From: Camelus ferus
Lineage: Eukaryota
DNA length: 64,000 nt
Reading direction: 5' to 3'
Assembly (NCBI RefSeq): GCF_009834535.1
Contig: NC_045703.1
Location: 71,858,001 to 71,922,000, forward strand
A program made the translations under genes and the position numbers. Below, in pieces: positions 48,050-61,850 of the stretch. The notes under the pieces are model-generated. The model did no database searches, was not told the origin of the DNA, and was given only the letters and a program-made list of their open reading frames with translations. Position 1 is the stretch's first letter; every line of letters begins with the position of its first letter.

Positions 48050-51000
48050 ATTATTAGTTCACCCTTTGAGAGAAAGTTCCGGCATCTGATGTAGTGCTCT
48101 ATGTATGTAGAGGAAATACTCAAGACAATTTTATTTAAAAAAGGAAAAGGGTTAAGGGATCTAAATGGAAGTAAACATTGAATGTTTCGCTCAAAGCGGT
48201 AGGATGTTGATATGAGGAGGCTAGAATAAGTTACTTGTATGTTGTAATATCTAGAACAACCACTAAGAAAACTATAAAAAATGATATGATCAAAAATATT
48301 ATAAATAAATAAAAGCAGCATTCTAAAATTTGCAAGGTAATCCACAGGAAGGCAAGAAAAGAGAAACAGAGGAATGAGAAACAGAAAAGAAACAAAACAA
48401 ATAATGAAATGGCAGGTGTAAGCCCTAAGTTTCAATAGTTACTCTAAATGTAAAGGGTCTAAATACTCAAATTAGACTTCAGAGGGTGGCAGAATGGACA
48501 GAAACATACCACCCAAATAAACACTGTCTTCACAAAATTCATTTCAAACTTAAGTATATAGGTAGTTTGAAAGTAAAAGGATGAAAAAAGATATATCATA
48601 TAAAACCAATAAAGGAATGGCTGCATTATATCAGATAAAGTAGACTTCAGAGCAAAGAAAATCACTGAGGACAAAGAGAAACATTTTATAATGAGTGAAG
48701 AATCAATTCACCAAAAAGATATAGCAATCCTAAATATGTATGCAGCAAACAACAGAGCTTCGAAACACGCGATGAAAACACTGTAAGAACTTAAAGGAGA
48801 AAGATAAATCCACAATTATAGTTAGAGACTTCATCACCCCTCTGTCAGCACTCAGTAGAACCTCTAAACAGAAAACCAGCAAGAATGTAGAAGAACTGAA
48901 CGACCCCGTTGACCAACATCTAGAGAACACATCACCCAAGAGCAGCAGGATGCACATTCACGTTCAGCACCCACAGAACATTCACCAAGACAGACCACAG
49001 CCTAGAGGACTTTTTTTAATTTAATAAATTGAAGAAAACTGAAACCATGGAGAGTTTGTTCTCTGATCATAATGGCGTCATACTAGAAGTCAATGACAGA
49101 TGGAGTCATACTAGAAATTGATGACAGAAAGACAAGGGAAACTTTCAAACATGGAAAGTAGCAACACTCCTAAATAATCTATGGGTCCAAGAGGAAGGCT
49201 AAAAGGAAATTTCAGCATAAATTTAACTGAATGAAAATGAAGGCACAATGTATCAAAACCTGTGAGATGCATCTAGAGCAGAACTGAGAGGGAAATTTAT
49301 AGCACGAAATGCACACGTAGGAAGGAGAAGTCTCAGAACAATTTCCTAAGTTCCTGCCTCACAAAACTAGAAAAAGAAGAGCAAAATAAACCAAAATCAA
49401 GCAGAAGGGAGGCAATAATAAAGGTAACAGTGTAACTCAATAAAATGAAAAATAGGGAACAATCGGAGAATATAAATGAAACAAAAGGTAGCTCTTTGAA
49501 AAATCTCAGTAAAATCTGTAAGCCTCTAGCAAGACTGATAAAAAGACGTAAGTCACCATATTAGGAATGAAATAGGGAGTATCACTACAGACCCTTCAGC
49601 CATCAAATGATAGTAAGTGAATACTGTTCAATTTATACTCATAAAATTGACAACTTAGAAGAAATGGACCATTTCTCAAAACCAACAAACTACCAAAACT
49701 CAGCCAAGATGAGGAAGACAACCTTAAAAGTCTTATAACCGTTAAAGAAATCAAGTTTAGAAATCTCTAGGCCCAGATGGTTTCACAAAATAATTGTATC
49801 TGAAATTTAAGTGAGGATTAACACAAAATGTTATACAACCTCTTCTGGAAAATAAACGAGGAGGGTATATAGACTGAGAAGGAGGAAATAAATCTTTGTT
49901 GGCAGACATCAACTATGCAGAAAGTTGACCCCCAAAATGCCTTGAACTTGGTGATTATACCGAGGCTATTGGTCACAAGGTTAGTATACAAAAGCCAATC
50001 ACTTTCCTATACACCAGCACTGAACAAATAGAATTTAAAATTAAAACCACAATATCATTTGCATTAGCACCAAAAAAGTACTCAGGAATAAATCTAACAA
50101 AATATGCACAAGATCTATATGAGGGAAACTACAAAACTTTGATGAGAGGTGTCAAAGAAGATTTAAGTAAATAGATATTTCACATCCATGGATAGTAAGA
50201 CTCAACACAGCTTGGTCTATAGATTCAATACAATTCCAAAGAAAACCCCACCAAGTTATTTTGTGATTATCAACAAACTGATTCTGAGGTTTATATGAAA
50301 AGGCCAAAGACCCAACACCATAATGAAGAAGAAAAAGGAAGTCCGAGGACTGACACTACTCGACTTCAAAATTTGCAGTGAAGTTACAAAAAGTGAGACA
50401 GCGGGGGCATTGGTGAATGAACAGACAGATAAATCAAAGAACTGGAATAAGGAGCCAGGACGCAGACCCACACTAATACAGACAACTGACCTTTGGCAAA
50501 GGAGCAAAGGCTATTCCACAGAGAAAGAACAGTCTTTTCAAGAAATGCTGTTGGAACTGAACGTCTACGTGCCAAAAAAAAAAAAAAAAAAAGTGAATAC
50601 AGACCTCAAACCCTTCACGAAAAATCAGCTCACAACAGATCATCTGCGTAAAAGGGAGGGCAAAGCTGTGAAAGTTCTAGAAGAGAAAGTAGGAGAAAAT
50701 CTGGTGGCCTTGGTCTGGCGATGAGTGTTGAAGATACTGCACTAAAAGCAGCACAACCCACAAAAGACAAAATTGATAAACTGGATTTGGTTAAAATTAA
50801 AAACTACTCTGTGAAAGACACTGTTAAGAGACTGAAGAGACAAGACACAGACTGGGAGGAAATATTTGCAAAAACACATCTGAGGGTTTGTATTAAAAAT
50901 ATACCAAGAACTCTTAAAACTCAACAATAAGGAAGCAACACAATGTTTTTAAATGGGCCAAACANNNNNNNNNNNNNNNNNNNNNNNNNNNNNNNNNNNN

Positions 51001-51765
51001 NNNNNNNNNNNNNNNNNNNNNNNNNNNNNNNNNNNNNNNNNNNNNNNNNNNNNNNNNNNNNNNNNNNNNNNNNNNNNNNNNNNNNNNNNNNNNNNNNNNN
51101 NNNNNNNNNNNNNNTGACAACACTGAACGCTGGCCGGGACTCAGTCACTGTCAGTGGGAATGCATACGGTACAGCCACTTGGAAGACAGGCAGTTTCTTA
51201 CAAAACAAAACATACTCTCACCACACAACTCAGCAGTCATCTCCTTGGTATTTACCCAGAAGAGCTGAAAACTCACGTCCACACAAAGACGTGTACGCAG
51301 AGTGTTCATAGCAGCTTTACTCATAATTGTCCAAATTTGGAAGCAACCAGAAGGTCCTGCAGTAGATGAATGGATAAATAAACTGTGGTCCATCCAGACA
51401 ATGAACATGATTCAGCACTGAAGAGAAATGAGCTATCAAGCCTGCAAAAGGCGTGGAGGAAACTTACACGCATATTACTGATCGAAAGAAGGCCATCTGA
51501 AAAGGCCACGTACTGTACGATCTCAACCATATGACATTTGGGAAAAGGAGAAGCAGTGAAGACAATGAAACAGTCACTGGCTGCCGAGGGCTGAGGAGCG
51601 GGGGGGATGAGCAGGCAGAGCACAGGGGTCTTTAGGGCTGTGAAAACCCTCCGTACGAGGAGTGGCAGATACACGACGTCACGCATTTGTCAAAACCTGC
51701 AGAGCTGTACACCACCCAGAGTGAACCCTCATTTCAACTACAGACTTCAGCTAATGATAATAAAA
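48050..51765 (+). mobile_element. Long degenerate L1 (L1MC-like 3' end) from ORF1 end to 3'UTR; N gap 50965-51114
   Basis: EN region at about 48450-49000; ORF 50323 KKKEVRGLTLLDFK and 50721 KIDKLDLVKIKN match ORF2; apparent internal deletion at about 49868 removing the N-terminal RT motifs; L1MC-type tail at 51400-51760. Confidence 0.92.
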
Positions 51766-54700
51766 TGTGAGCATCTGATCTTCACCTTGAAGGATTAGAC
51801 AGTCATTTGTTATCACAGAAAAGGTCAGCAAACTTGAAACACTTTCTCTGTTTAGAAGAAAGGCGGACAGTTCATCTGTCATTGGAATCTCCCAAGAGGC
51901 CCACTTAGAAGGACCCAGTAACCCCTGTGTGGTACACAGTGTCACAGCCACGGCCCACGTCATGACGTGTGCTGTTATGACAATCCTGACACCTTCCAGT
52001 TTTGTTTTTGTTAAGTTAGCCATATTAATGATATTCTATGTATCTCTGCCCATTTCTCGATTCCAGTCATTTTGCCTAAGTTTCCCTAGGAATGATGCAA
52101 TAAATAAATTTCACATTTCATGCGTGTCTGTGACCTTGCCCCAGAATAATTCTCTGTAATTCCTGCCAAAGCTGTCACTACATCAGCAATTGCATTTTCA
52201 CTGATATTCCATAATTTTTAAATTAAGAATTATTTACTCTTGAGTTTCTGTCTTTATTGTACACACCAACAGGTGATATTCAAAATGTTTAAGCAAGTGA
52301 AATGCCATCAAATGGTGATTCATTCTGCTCCCTAAGTGTTTGATGAACCTGCCATATTTTGAGGAGAGGCAAAAGGAAGACGAGGGTTCTGCCCTGTCAG
52401 GATTTGCAAGCAACAAAGAGAAGACAAGGGTGAGGAGGCTGAGGCCCGGTGAGCCCCTGGGGCAGGGCAGCTGGCTGTGGGAGGAAGGAGAAGGTGGGAA
52501 CCAGTGGCGGGAGTGGGGCTTCGGGAGGTCTTTGAAGGGAACGCTTTGAACAGGTGAGGGAGAAGAAAGAAGGAAGCAGTGGGGAAACCCTTAAATCTTG
52601 GAATGCAAATGCCAAAGTCAGAGGGTGGAGGGAGCCTTGTACTGGCAAGGTCAGGCCGGTATCAGGGACAGAAGGAGGCCTGGACATCCCTCCAGAGATC
52701 CGACTTTGCCAAACAGGCAGCTCGGCAGGACTTGGAGCAGGATGGCAGGAACCACCCTGCTGGACATGGAAGGGGTTCGGGGTTTGGGGTGTGGGTGGGG
52801 GGAGGAGAGGAGAGGGGTGTGGCTCTAGCAACCCCCTGAGAGAGGGCCTGAGCGAGGGCTAAGTGCTTCCAAAAAGAAGAGGGAGACCTGCCCCACCCCC
52901 GCCCCCACCTTTTCCAGAAAGATCTGCAGATCCTGCAAAATAGAAACTAAAAGTCCCAAATCTGATGCTAAATGTGGTCTCAGATGAACCAGTGAATCAC
53001 TTACACTTTTTTTCCTTGAAGTATTTCTTTTCCTTCTAATGGATACAGCTGATGTAAATATGACCGAGGTCCTGGGCCCTTTCAAGTTGGTTTCCTTAAT
53101 CAAGTCAAGTAGATAAAAGGTGCGGCGCTCTGGAGGGGGTGGGGAGGCAATCTGGGCCGGGGCTTCCTGTTGTTCCAGCATTAACATACCTGCCCCCGGA
53201 TCAAAGGCGCCCTGGCTTTCCCCGCGCTCCCAACAGGGGAGAAAAAAGTCTAATATAATTAAAAATACACTGCAATTTGGTATCATCTGCAACTGTGACA
53301 GTTTGTCACCAAGGATTAAGGTTTATGGAGAGCAGTTTCCTCAGGACCGATCTGGGGTCCTTGGGAAAGTTGCCGCCTTTTCTTGGAAAATGGACTTTGT
53401 ATCTGCTGAGCCGTCTTCTCAGAGGCTCTTATTTCTAATGATCCAGAAGTCATTTCGAAGGTGGATGCCACCTCATCGCCCTTCCAGGCCAAGGCCGTCG
53501 GCCCAAAGCTGGAAGAGTTCATTTGATAGGTAACACGTTCCCATCTGATTAGCTAAAAGGATAGGAAAAAGGAGACAAATACGTCAAAGTGCATCTTACA
53601 GGTCAGACTTCGTCAGATGGCTTTATTACACTGATCGTCCACTCTGATGAGTATTCCAGAAAGGATTTAATGAGCATTTGCTCAGACCCTGTGCCAGCCA
53701 TGGGGCGCCCAGCGGGCAGAACTCCTGTCCCCAAGGAACCCAGAGTTCATCAGGGAAGAAAGATGCTATTCACCAGACAGCCACCAAAACAGCCAGCAGC
53801 TATGCCTGGGTGAACGCTCCTGAGGCCGGGGACCCCAGCCCTGAGGACCCGGAGGACGGGCAGGCTGGCAGGAGGGAGGGAGGGAGGGCCCCCCAGGAGG
53901 GAGGCCCGCCTGTGAAGGGTGAGGCTGTGTTAACTAGGCAGACGGCGGGGGAGCAGGAGGGAAGAGTGCACACGAGGCTCCTTCTGAAGGGTGCTGGGTC
54001 TGTTTCAGGAGCCCGAAGGCCAGTGAGACAGGAGCTGAGAACCCGGAGTCTGACAAGATGAGGGCTTTTGTCTTTCTGTCTCCTTGAAGCGGAGGCTGGC
54101 CCAGTCCTAGGTGTGTCTGAAATCACTATCCTAGTGGTACTGATGTGACAAAGACAGGAGTGGGCAGGGGCAGGTTAGATGTGGGGAGAGGAGGAGAGCG
54201 AGGGAGCGACAATTCCCAGGGCTCTGCTTGCGTAGCAGTCCCTTGGCGTGGCCTCACTGGACCCTCACGAGGACCTGGCATTTCCCACTTGTGGGCACAG
54301 GACGAGGCAGGAGTGAGGGATATAACTTCCAGTTCTCACGGCCTGGGGGCAGGGGGCTGGATCCCCACATGGGCTCATCTGGCTCTGCCCGCTACACCTG
54401 CCTTCTGACCATGTGCGGCCCCCACTTCATAAGCTCCCTGAAACCTCCTGGAAACCTGACTGAACCCGCCAACCAGATTAACCCTCGACTCCCTTTGAAA
54501 TATCCAACGGCACCAGGGGCAGGCTGAGCTGAACGGCGGGACCGCCATGTGTGACCATCACGAGGTAGTGGTCATCGTGAGTCACCTGTGTTTGTTCCCC
54601 ACTGAAGTAGTCATAATCAGGGGTTTATAATTGAATTAACAATTTACATAACCCAGAACAACATGACTGTGACAGGCAGTTATTTCTAAACAAACAAAGC

Positions 54701-56339
54701 CAGCAGGCTGACTGCTTTGGGAAGACGTGATTAAGGTAAGTCAACGGAAAGACCACCAACAAACTGGGTCCCGTGAGAAAACTGTGAGCCTAAAAGATGC
54801 TGCCCTCGGGCTGGGGGCCAGGGGCGCTTAAGTCGTCACATAACTGGGAGTCCAAAGCCTCAACAGTGCATCCAAGTTGTCGGCAATGCAAGAAGAGTCA
54901 GGGAACTAATCAGCAGACCCCACCTCAAAGGAAAACCCTTGGCCCCATCAGAAGGTTGTTGAGTGAATCTACGATTGTATATTTCACTTTAAACATATTT
55001 ATATGAAGTGAGTCAAAAATAAACCAACTTTCAATACTAACTCATCGTCAACCCAGATGGCTCTGTGGATGTTCTGTTCAAACCAGGATTGGCTAGGCTC
55101 CCTCTACTTAATTAACCAAAATGTGTGAGTGCTATTTAAACATGCGTTCCACAACCAGAAAAGTAGCAAGGGGGGACCCCTCCTGTGGGATCCGGTAAAG
55201 GGCTGCCTCAGGAACCCACTGAACAGAATACAAACTGCTGGACAGGACCCAAATATCTTTGAAAGCATCGTCTGTGGTAAAGATGCTTTCCAAACAAGCT
55301 GGGAGAGAACAGATCATTAGACAAGTGTTTTTAAGACAAATGGTGAACTATTTTGGGAATATAATGTCAGACCCCTCCCTCGTAATCAAATAAATGTAGA
55401 AAATAAAATTATAAAAGTGCTACAAAATATAAACCAGGGGTTTTCGAGCTTGGCTGCATGGTGGGTCCCTGGGTAGCTGGGGGCGGCGGCAGGGGACCCA
55501 GGCATCCGTATTTCTTCAGGCTCCCCAGAGGACTCCACCGTGCAGCCAACGTGCAGAACCACAACACAGGTCGATAGTTGTTAGTTATGTAATATTTGCT
55601 TTGGGAAGATATCCGGCGTAAAGGAAAAGATTGAAACATTTAAATTAGCTCCGAACTAAAACTATCTATTGCTTCCATAAATTTAAAGTTCATAAGCATT
55701 AAAAGATTAATGACAAACGTGTTATTTTTGCAACTCGAGGACAGGCACAAGGTTAATATTGCAATGAAGAGATCGTACAAATCAAAAAGAAATTGGACTA
55801 TCAACACACGCGTGTGTGCACACCCACCCCACCCAGAAATGGGTGATGACGGAAGTGACATGGGAAACCTGTGTCAATGACATAAAGGGTGTTCTAGCTC
55901 ACTAGCAATAAAAGAAATACAAAACTAGCCATTTTTTCTTTGTAATGTTGGTAAAATATGTTTTTTATTGAAACTCCTGAGTGTTGGCTAACGTGTGAAA
56001 ATTGGTGCTCCCATATTGCCAGAGAGGAGACAACTGAGGCATCAGAATCTGAAAGATTTGTCATGCTCCTTAACTCGGCAACTCCAGTTCTGAACTTCTG
56101 ATCTCTGCCGCAGTTCGTGCAGGAAGCGTGGAGCACGCACTGAGGGTTAGCGGTCCCTGGGGGGCCCTGCCTGATGCAGAGCATCTCCCCCCAGAGTCCT
56201 TCGCACCCTCTGCACAGCTGCCCAGCCTCTCCTGCCTTGCAGATGACTTGTTTGCTAGTCTTCCTCTGCAGGCAGTAAGCGCTGAGCCCAAAAGCATGAC
56301 GCTTTTTGTCTTTCTGGTCCAGGAGCATCAATGGTGCAC

Positions 56340-56378
56340 AATTCCTGGCACACAGTAGGTGCTCATTACATGTTTACT
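56340..56378 (+). mobile_element. L2 3' end relic
   Basis: cctggcacacagtaggtgctcattacatgttt. Confidence 0.65.
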
Positions 56379-56599
56379 GCATCAGTGGCTCTCTGCAGAA
56401 CTGGTGTAATAGATAACATCATGATGATTCAACGAACTTTCAACCAGAAGGGGAAGGCGAGACCGCTGTGGCTGGAGCCCAGCCGCCTGCCCTGGCCTGC
56501 GGGCTGTTTCTCCGGCTGGAGCCTGCCAGGGGCCATCCCACAGAACTTCCGCCCTCTCGCCTCCTTCCAGTGCAGCGGCCACTGGCCCGAGGGACTGTG

Positions 56600-56712
56600 G
56601 AGCACTTGAGATGTGACTGATGCAACTGTGGAACTAAATTTTTAATTTTACTTAATTGTATTAAATTTAAACAGTCACATGGCCACTAGTGGCTACAGTA
56701 TTAGATAGAAGA
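56600..56712. mobile_element. hAT-Charlie MITE relic (MER3/MER33-like)
   Basis: cacttgagatgtgactgatgcaactgtggaactaaatttttaatttt...cacatggccactagtggctacagtattagatag; family from memory. Confidence 0.7.
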
Positions 56713-59700
56713 GGTCGAGACCAAGTGCCTTATTTCTCCAAGGTGGGGAGAGGAGCCCCAGGAAGTTAAGGGCTTGGTTAGACGTCTTATGACCGCATAG
56801 TGAGAGCAGAGCGCGTTCATAATAAAATTACAAGGCTCCATGGGTTGGTCTCTAGGTAAATTTCCACCCTACAAAAAGGACGCAAGTATTTACGGTCCTT
56901 TTAGTGGTTCTGAAGGAAAAGTGGGAAGCCTGTGGGAGTCCTCGTTCTCCCTCAGTGTTCCGGCGGCCTGAGGCGCGCCCGTCCTGCAGCGGCCTTTTAT
57001 AATGCCCTGATTCTTATCTTAGAGTTGAACATCAAAGATTCTAGATTTGATCCATTTTGCCTACATTTTATTAAACAGAAAGTTAAGATCATTGTTAAAA
57101 TGAACAGAGTTCCATCTGGAAATCACCAAGCTGCCAAATACTTTTCTTCTATGTGTGGTTCAAACTAGAGACTCAAACCCCACAATCCTGCAAGCTCTCC
57201 CTAAGACGACTGTATCAGATCCACACACACACACACACCCCATCCAGGACATCTCATGCTAAACTATATAAACGTGACCGAACAACTGAAATCCTGGAAC
57301 CCTTTCTTAAACAAAATACTGAAGGCAAAGTGGAAGGGGAAAACAGTACGTGGAGATTAAAACTGAGAAATGAAAATAAGAGAAAAACACAGCCCACAGT
57401 TACAATTCACTTTCTGAGCAAGTTCCTTCAAGGACAAAAGCAAGAAAGCCCAATGCAGAGTAGACATGTGGGAGGGACGTGGGGAGGCCCGGTGGCTGGT
57501 ACCCTTCAACCTTAAACTTGAATCCAGAGAGCTCTCTGGATGCTGGTGGGTGTGTGTCCTCAGGGCATGTTCGCATAATCCTTTCAAATCAAAACGCCAG
57601 GCTGCTCATATGCCTCTTACCATGTGTTCCCTGAAATGCGGGTCACTGAGCCAGGGTACTACCGTGCTGGGAGCCCCGCAGCCCCTAAGTGTTGGGAGGA
57701 AGTGGATCTTTCCTTGTAAAGTTAGCTGATAGTTGTTCCTCAGCATACCTGGGACACCAATTTAAAAAGGAAAAAGGAAGTGGTCAAAGTCATGCTTTTT
57801 TGTAAACTTCAAAGGTGGCCCCTCCCTCCCCCTCTTTACATTTTACTGTCTGGGGAGCGGACTCGTCTGCAGCTGTTGGCAGACTGTGTTCTTCGGCGTC
57901 AAACCTGCCTCCTCACGGCCCATAAAATTACAGCAGGGAACCAGGGCGCAGGTGTGGGAGGGAGCGGCCAGGATGCTGCCCCCTTAATGATGTCCCTGAC
58001 ACCCCATGCTGAGCTGCGGGCTGGGCGCTTCCCTGCCTGTGAGCCCTGCCAGCTCGGCTAAAACCATTCAATTCTAGTTTCTCGAGATTTCCACGTACAT
58101 GGGCTGGGGCTTGGGGAAGCCACAGCCTCGTAACCCCCACGCATATCCTGCCTGTGCGACTTCCCAGCCGAAAGCTGTAATGCCAAACTCGGGCCACTGA
58201 AGGAGGGACTTGGAGAGGGGCCCGACTAAGTCAGACATTGCTAACTCAAGTGTAAAAACGTCTCAAACCGTATGGAGAACTAGAACGAAATGCTTCTAAA
58301 ACCTGCAAGCAGGTTCTTTTTCTTCCTCAACCTGAAACGTATGCTGGATGAACATCATATGTGTTTTCAAAGGCGTCAGATCTCTGCTGGTATTTAATAG
58401 TAAGGGTGTAATATATTTTGCCCTTTTTTTAGGCATGGAAGAAGTGAATGACCACAGACTTCAGGTGAGTCAGTTGTAATCAAACTTTGCAAACCGCTAG
58501 CTCTTTATGCCTTATGACTTAGTGCTAATATTTGAAAAAAGAAGGAGACGGTGGACAGAAAAATAAATATATTTAAAAGCAATCTTAAATTGTTCATATT
58601 GTTTTTATTTGACAGGTTGAAAAACACATACTTTAAAAAAAAGAAATAGAAAAGTGGTTGCAGCATTTTTATATTAAAAAAATAGGAGACTGGGAGGGAG
58701 AAGGGACGATTTTGCAGATGGTCTAGCAGGCAAGTGCAGAGGGTCTGCAACGTTTATTAAGCCCCACTGTGTGCTGCGTAGAGAGCACTTTGCTGCTTTG
58801 AGGGGAGGCGGGGAGGGGAGGAATGGAAGCAAAAGAAGCATAAAAGAAATATGGGAAAGACAGAGGCCCAGTTTTGCCCGCAAGGACATCACTTTATAGT
58901 CAGGGATACCCAACAATGAAACACTAAAGGGACTCGAACCCTTCTTAAAGCTCGGCAGCTGAGATTTTATCCTGTGCCTTTCAATTGTTTCCACCCTCTA
59001 ATATTGTATCTGCACTGCACACCACTCCTGCTCACGGAGGCTGTAGTTTCAACAAACTGTTATCTGTTGGGTCCATACTTTAAATTCTACAGACAGCTGG
59101 TGGGGTTGGGGTGGGCTGACCCAAGGAAACAGTTCTGGTAAGGCTGATCATTAGAAAGCCCATCTCTCAGAATTTGTCACCCTTTCAATACTGCAGGGTT
59201 AGATAAAAAAAAAAAAAAGAAATGCTGTTATGAGACCATGCCAGATGTCAGGCGTTGGGTTAATATCTTAGCATATAAGGATAAACATAATAAAACCTGT
59301 GGTTTAAATGGAAGAATGCAAGATCTTAAAGAAGGTGGCTCTGGTACTTATAGATTCCAAAAGACGGAAAGAAGGAAGGAGGGAGGGAGGGAGGAAGGAA
59401 GGAAAGAAATGCAGCAGAGACTGAATGTAGCCTGTGAAGTCTGAGATGATTACCATCCAGCCCTTTTCCAGAAAATACTGGCCTCAATTATAAGCACATC
59501 AAGGAAAAAACCCTAAGCTTTTCCAGCACGTCATCTTCCTGTTCTTAGAGTTCTTGGGGTTTTGTGTATTGGAGGGCCCTATGTTTAACTTAGATTAATT
59601 TTACATTTATCTCTGAATTCCTGCTTTCACATTCATTATATCACATTCTTTTCTTAATGAAGGAGTCAGTCCATTAAACGTTTGAACAGCATTCAAACGC

Positions 59701-60978
59701 TGCTGATTTCTGGAAGGTCTTTCTGGCCATTCCATCACCCTACCTCTTATAACCCAGACCTTGTACGTGCTTAAAATAAGTACATGTAGTGCATCATCTG
59801 CATTTTTAAGAACCGCGATTTCTAACTACAGATAAACTACGAAGATTGTTTCATCTGAGGACCAAACTACTTTTCAGATACAATTGTAGACAAGTCTATT
59901 TAATCACCAAATTGTCTGTGCTCCCTAATAAAATACATGGTTTCAGCAAACTTTCAGACCATGTCAGTTTCTACAAGGAGCAGTGAGGCCATGCAGATTT
60001 CCGTGGAGAAGCTGACGTACCGCTCTCTTCATCCCTCGTTGGAGTGGGTAAACTGCTCAAATGATGAAGCTGGAAGTTTTAGAACTTTTACTTTATGTTA
60101 CTTTTAAGCAGATTTGTGAGTGAATGGGAGTTTATACACTTTGAGAAGTTAAGGCAGACCAAACCAGCCTGGATTTATTTATGCCCACGTAGAAGAAAAA
60201 GCCAATCGGATAAGAAGAAAATTTATTTGGGATTTTCCTCATTTTACTGATTACACATTTGCTCAACATAAACATTACAGAACGAGCTCTCCTGGAACCA
60301 AGCAACATAGAAGTCTGATCCTTGATCTAAGTGGAGGGGACGGTGAGTTCCTAAAGCCAATGACCCCATTTGGCTTATGCCCATTTGAGGTCGTTAGTGC
60401 CATTTGTACTACTCAGGGCTGCAGTCACATTTCACAGCCGCCTGGAACCCAGCAGGGTTTACAGATGACAGCTTACCTGCAGGACGAGTAGGATCTGACC
60501 ACGTGCACGTTGCCTGCCACAGTTAGACAAGGGCGTGTAAAATTCCCGACTGTAGCTGTAAACTAAGCACGACACAGAGCTGTTTCTAAATCTGCATGAA
60601 TCCAGGCTGAGTTGTTCTGCCTTAATTTCTCAAAATGTGTAAATTCCCATTCACCCCCAGACAGCCTTAAAAGTAACACAAAATGCATAAAGTAAAAATT
60701 CTAAATCCATTTCTAAATCTGACAGTCCTGCCAGCTACAACGACACACTTTCCCAGAGTTTATTTTGCAGTCCTTTTGCACAGAACATAATCTGACACAT
60801 TTTTGTGGCCCTGGGGACCCTGCCAGCTTGAAAAGTGTGGGGGAGGTATGCAACAAAATAGACACACGTGATGATTTAGGGGGGATAGTGGAGTAAATCT
60901 GAGGGCAAAGGAGGCTTGCAGACTGCCTACATGTTCCAGGAAATTTGGGGAAATGAACTACTAAGAAACACAAATGCA

Positions 60979-61190
60979 GAAGCAGATTCCCAGACAGAGT
61001 AAACAATTTTATGGTTACCAGGGGAAAGGGGGTGGGAAGGAATAAATTTGGGAGTTTGAGATTTGCAAAGGCTCACCACTATACGTAAAAATAGATTAAA
61101 AAACGAGTTTCTTCTGTATAGCACAGGGAATTATGTTCCGTATCTTGTAATAACCTTTAATGAAAAAGAACAGGAAAACAAATTTTAAAA
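60979..61190 (+). mobile_element. Lineage-specific L1 3' fragment with 16-bp TSD
   Basis: TSD aagaaacacaaatgca 60963-60978 / aagaaacacgaatgca 61191-61206. Confidence 0.88.
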
Positions 61191-61709
61191 AAGAAACACG
61201 AATGCAAGTCTCCTTCTTAAACAGAACCACCCGAGTGAGGACGACGCCTGACGCCGTCTGTGTGTGCGGGCAAGCGAAGGACACTGCTCCGCAGGCAGGA
61301 GCGCGCGCCCCCAGGGGAGAGCCCGGCGGAGAAGCACGGCACGTTGAACTCCACAGCACGCATCTCTGGCCCACCAAGCAAACCTTCCCACCCCAGCTCT
61401 ACGAGCAAAAGAGTAAAACTGCATTGGATCGATGTGACACGGAATAATCTCTTAAATTTTTGAAGCAGTTAGAGAAGCGCCTGTGGCATTACCCAAACAC
61501 TGAGTTTATTCTGGATAACAATGAGCGTGGAAGCGGAGGCAGAGGGTGATGTTCGTTCTCGCTGTGTTATTTTCAATTCGCTACTTCACAGGCACATCAA
61601 GGCTATTATATTTTTTAAACCGAACTCAGCTGGAGAAATAAAAAAAGAAAACACATGAAATGAGTAGTAAGTTTGTGAGCTGAACTTTGTTTAATTTAAT
61701 TTAACTGAA

Positions 61710-61850
61710 CTCTTTCATAATTGTGTGGGGCAGGAATTACTGCTCCCATTTTAAAGATATGAACGCTGAGGTGGAGCAAATGTCAGGGACTTAGCCAAGG
61801 TCTCCAACAGGGCACTGGAAGAATCAGGCTCCAAGCCCACATCCGGCTGG
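61710..61850 (-). mobile_element. MIR relic
   Basis: ctcccattttaaagatatgaacgctgaggtgg...gacttagccaaggtc. Confidence 0.7.
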
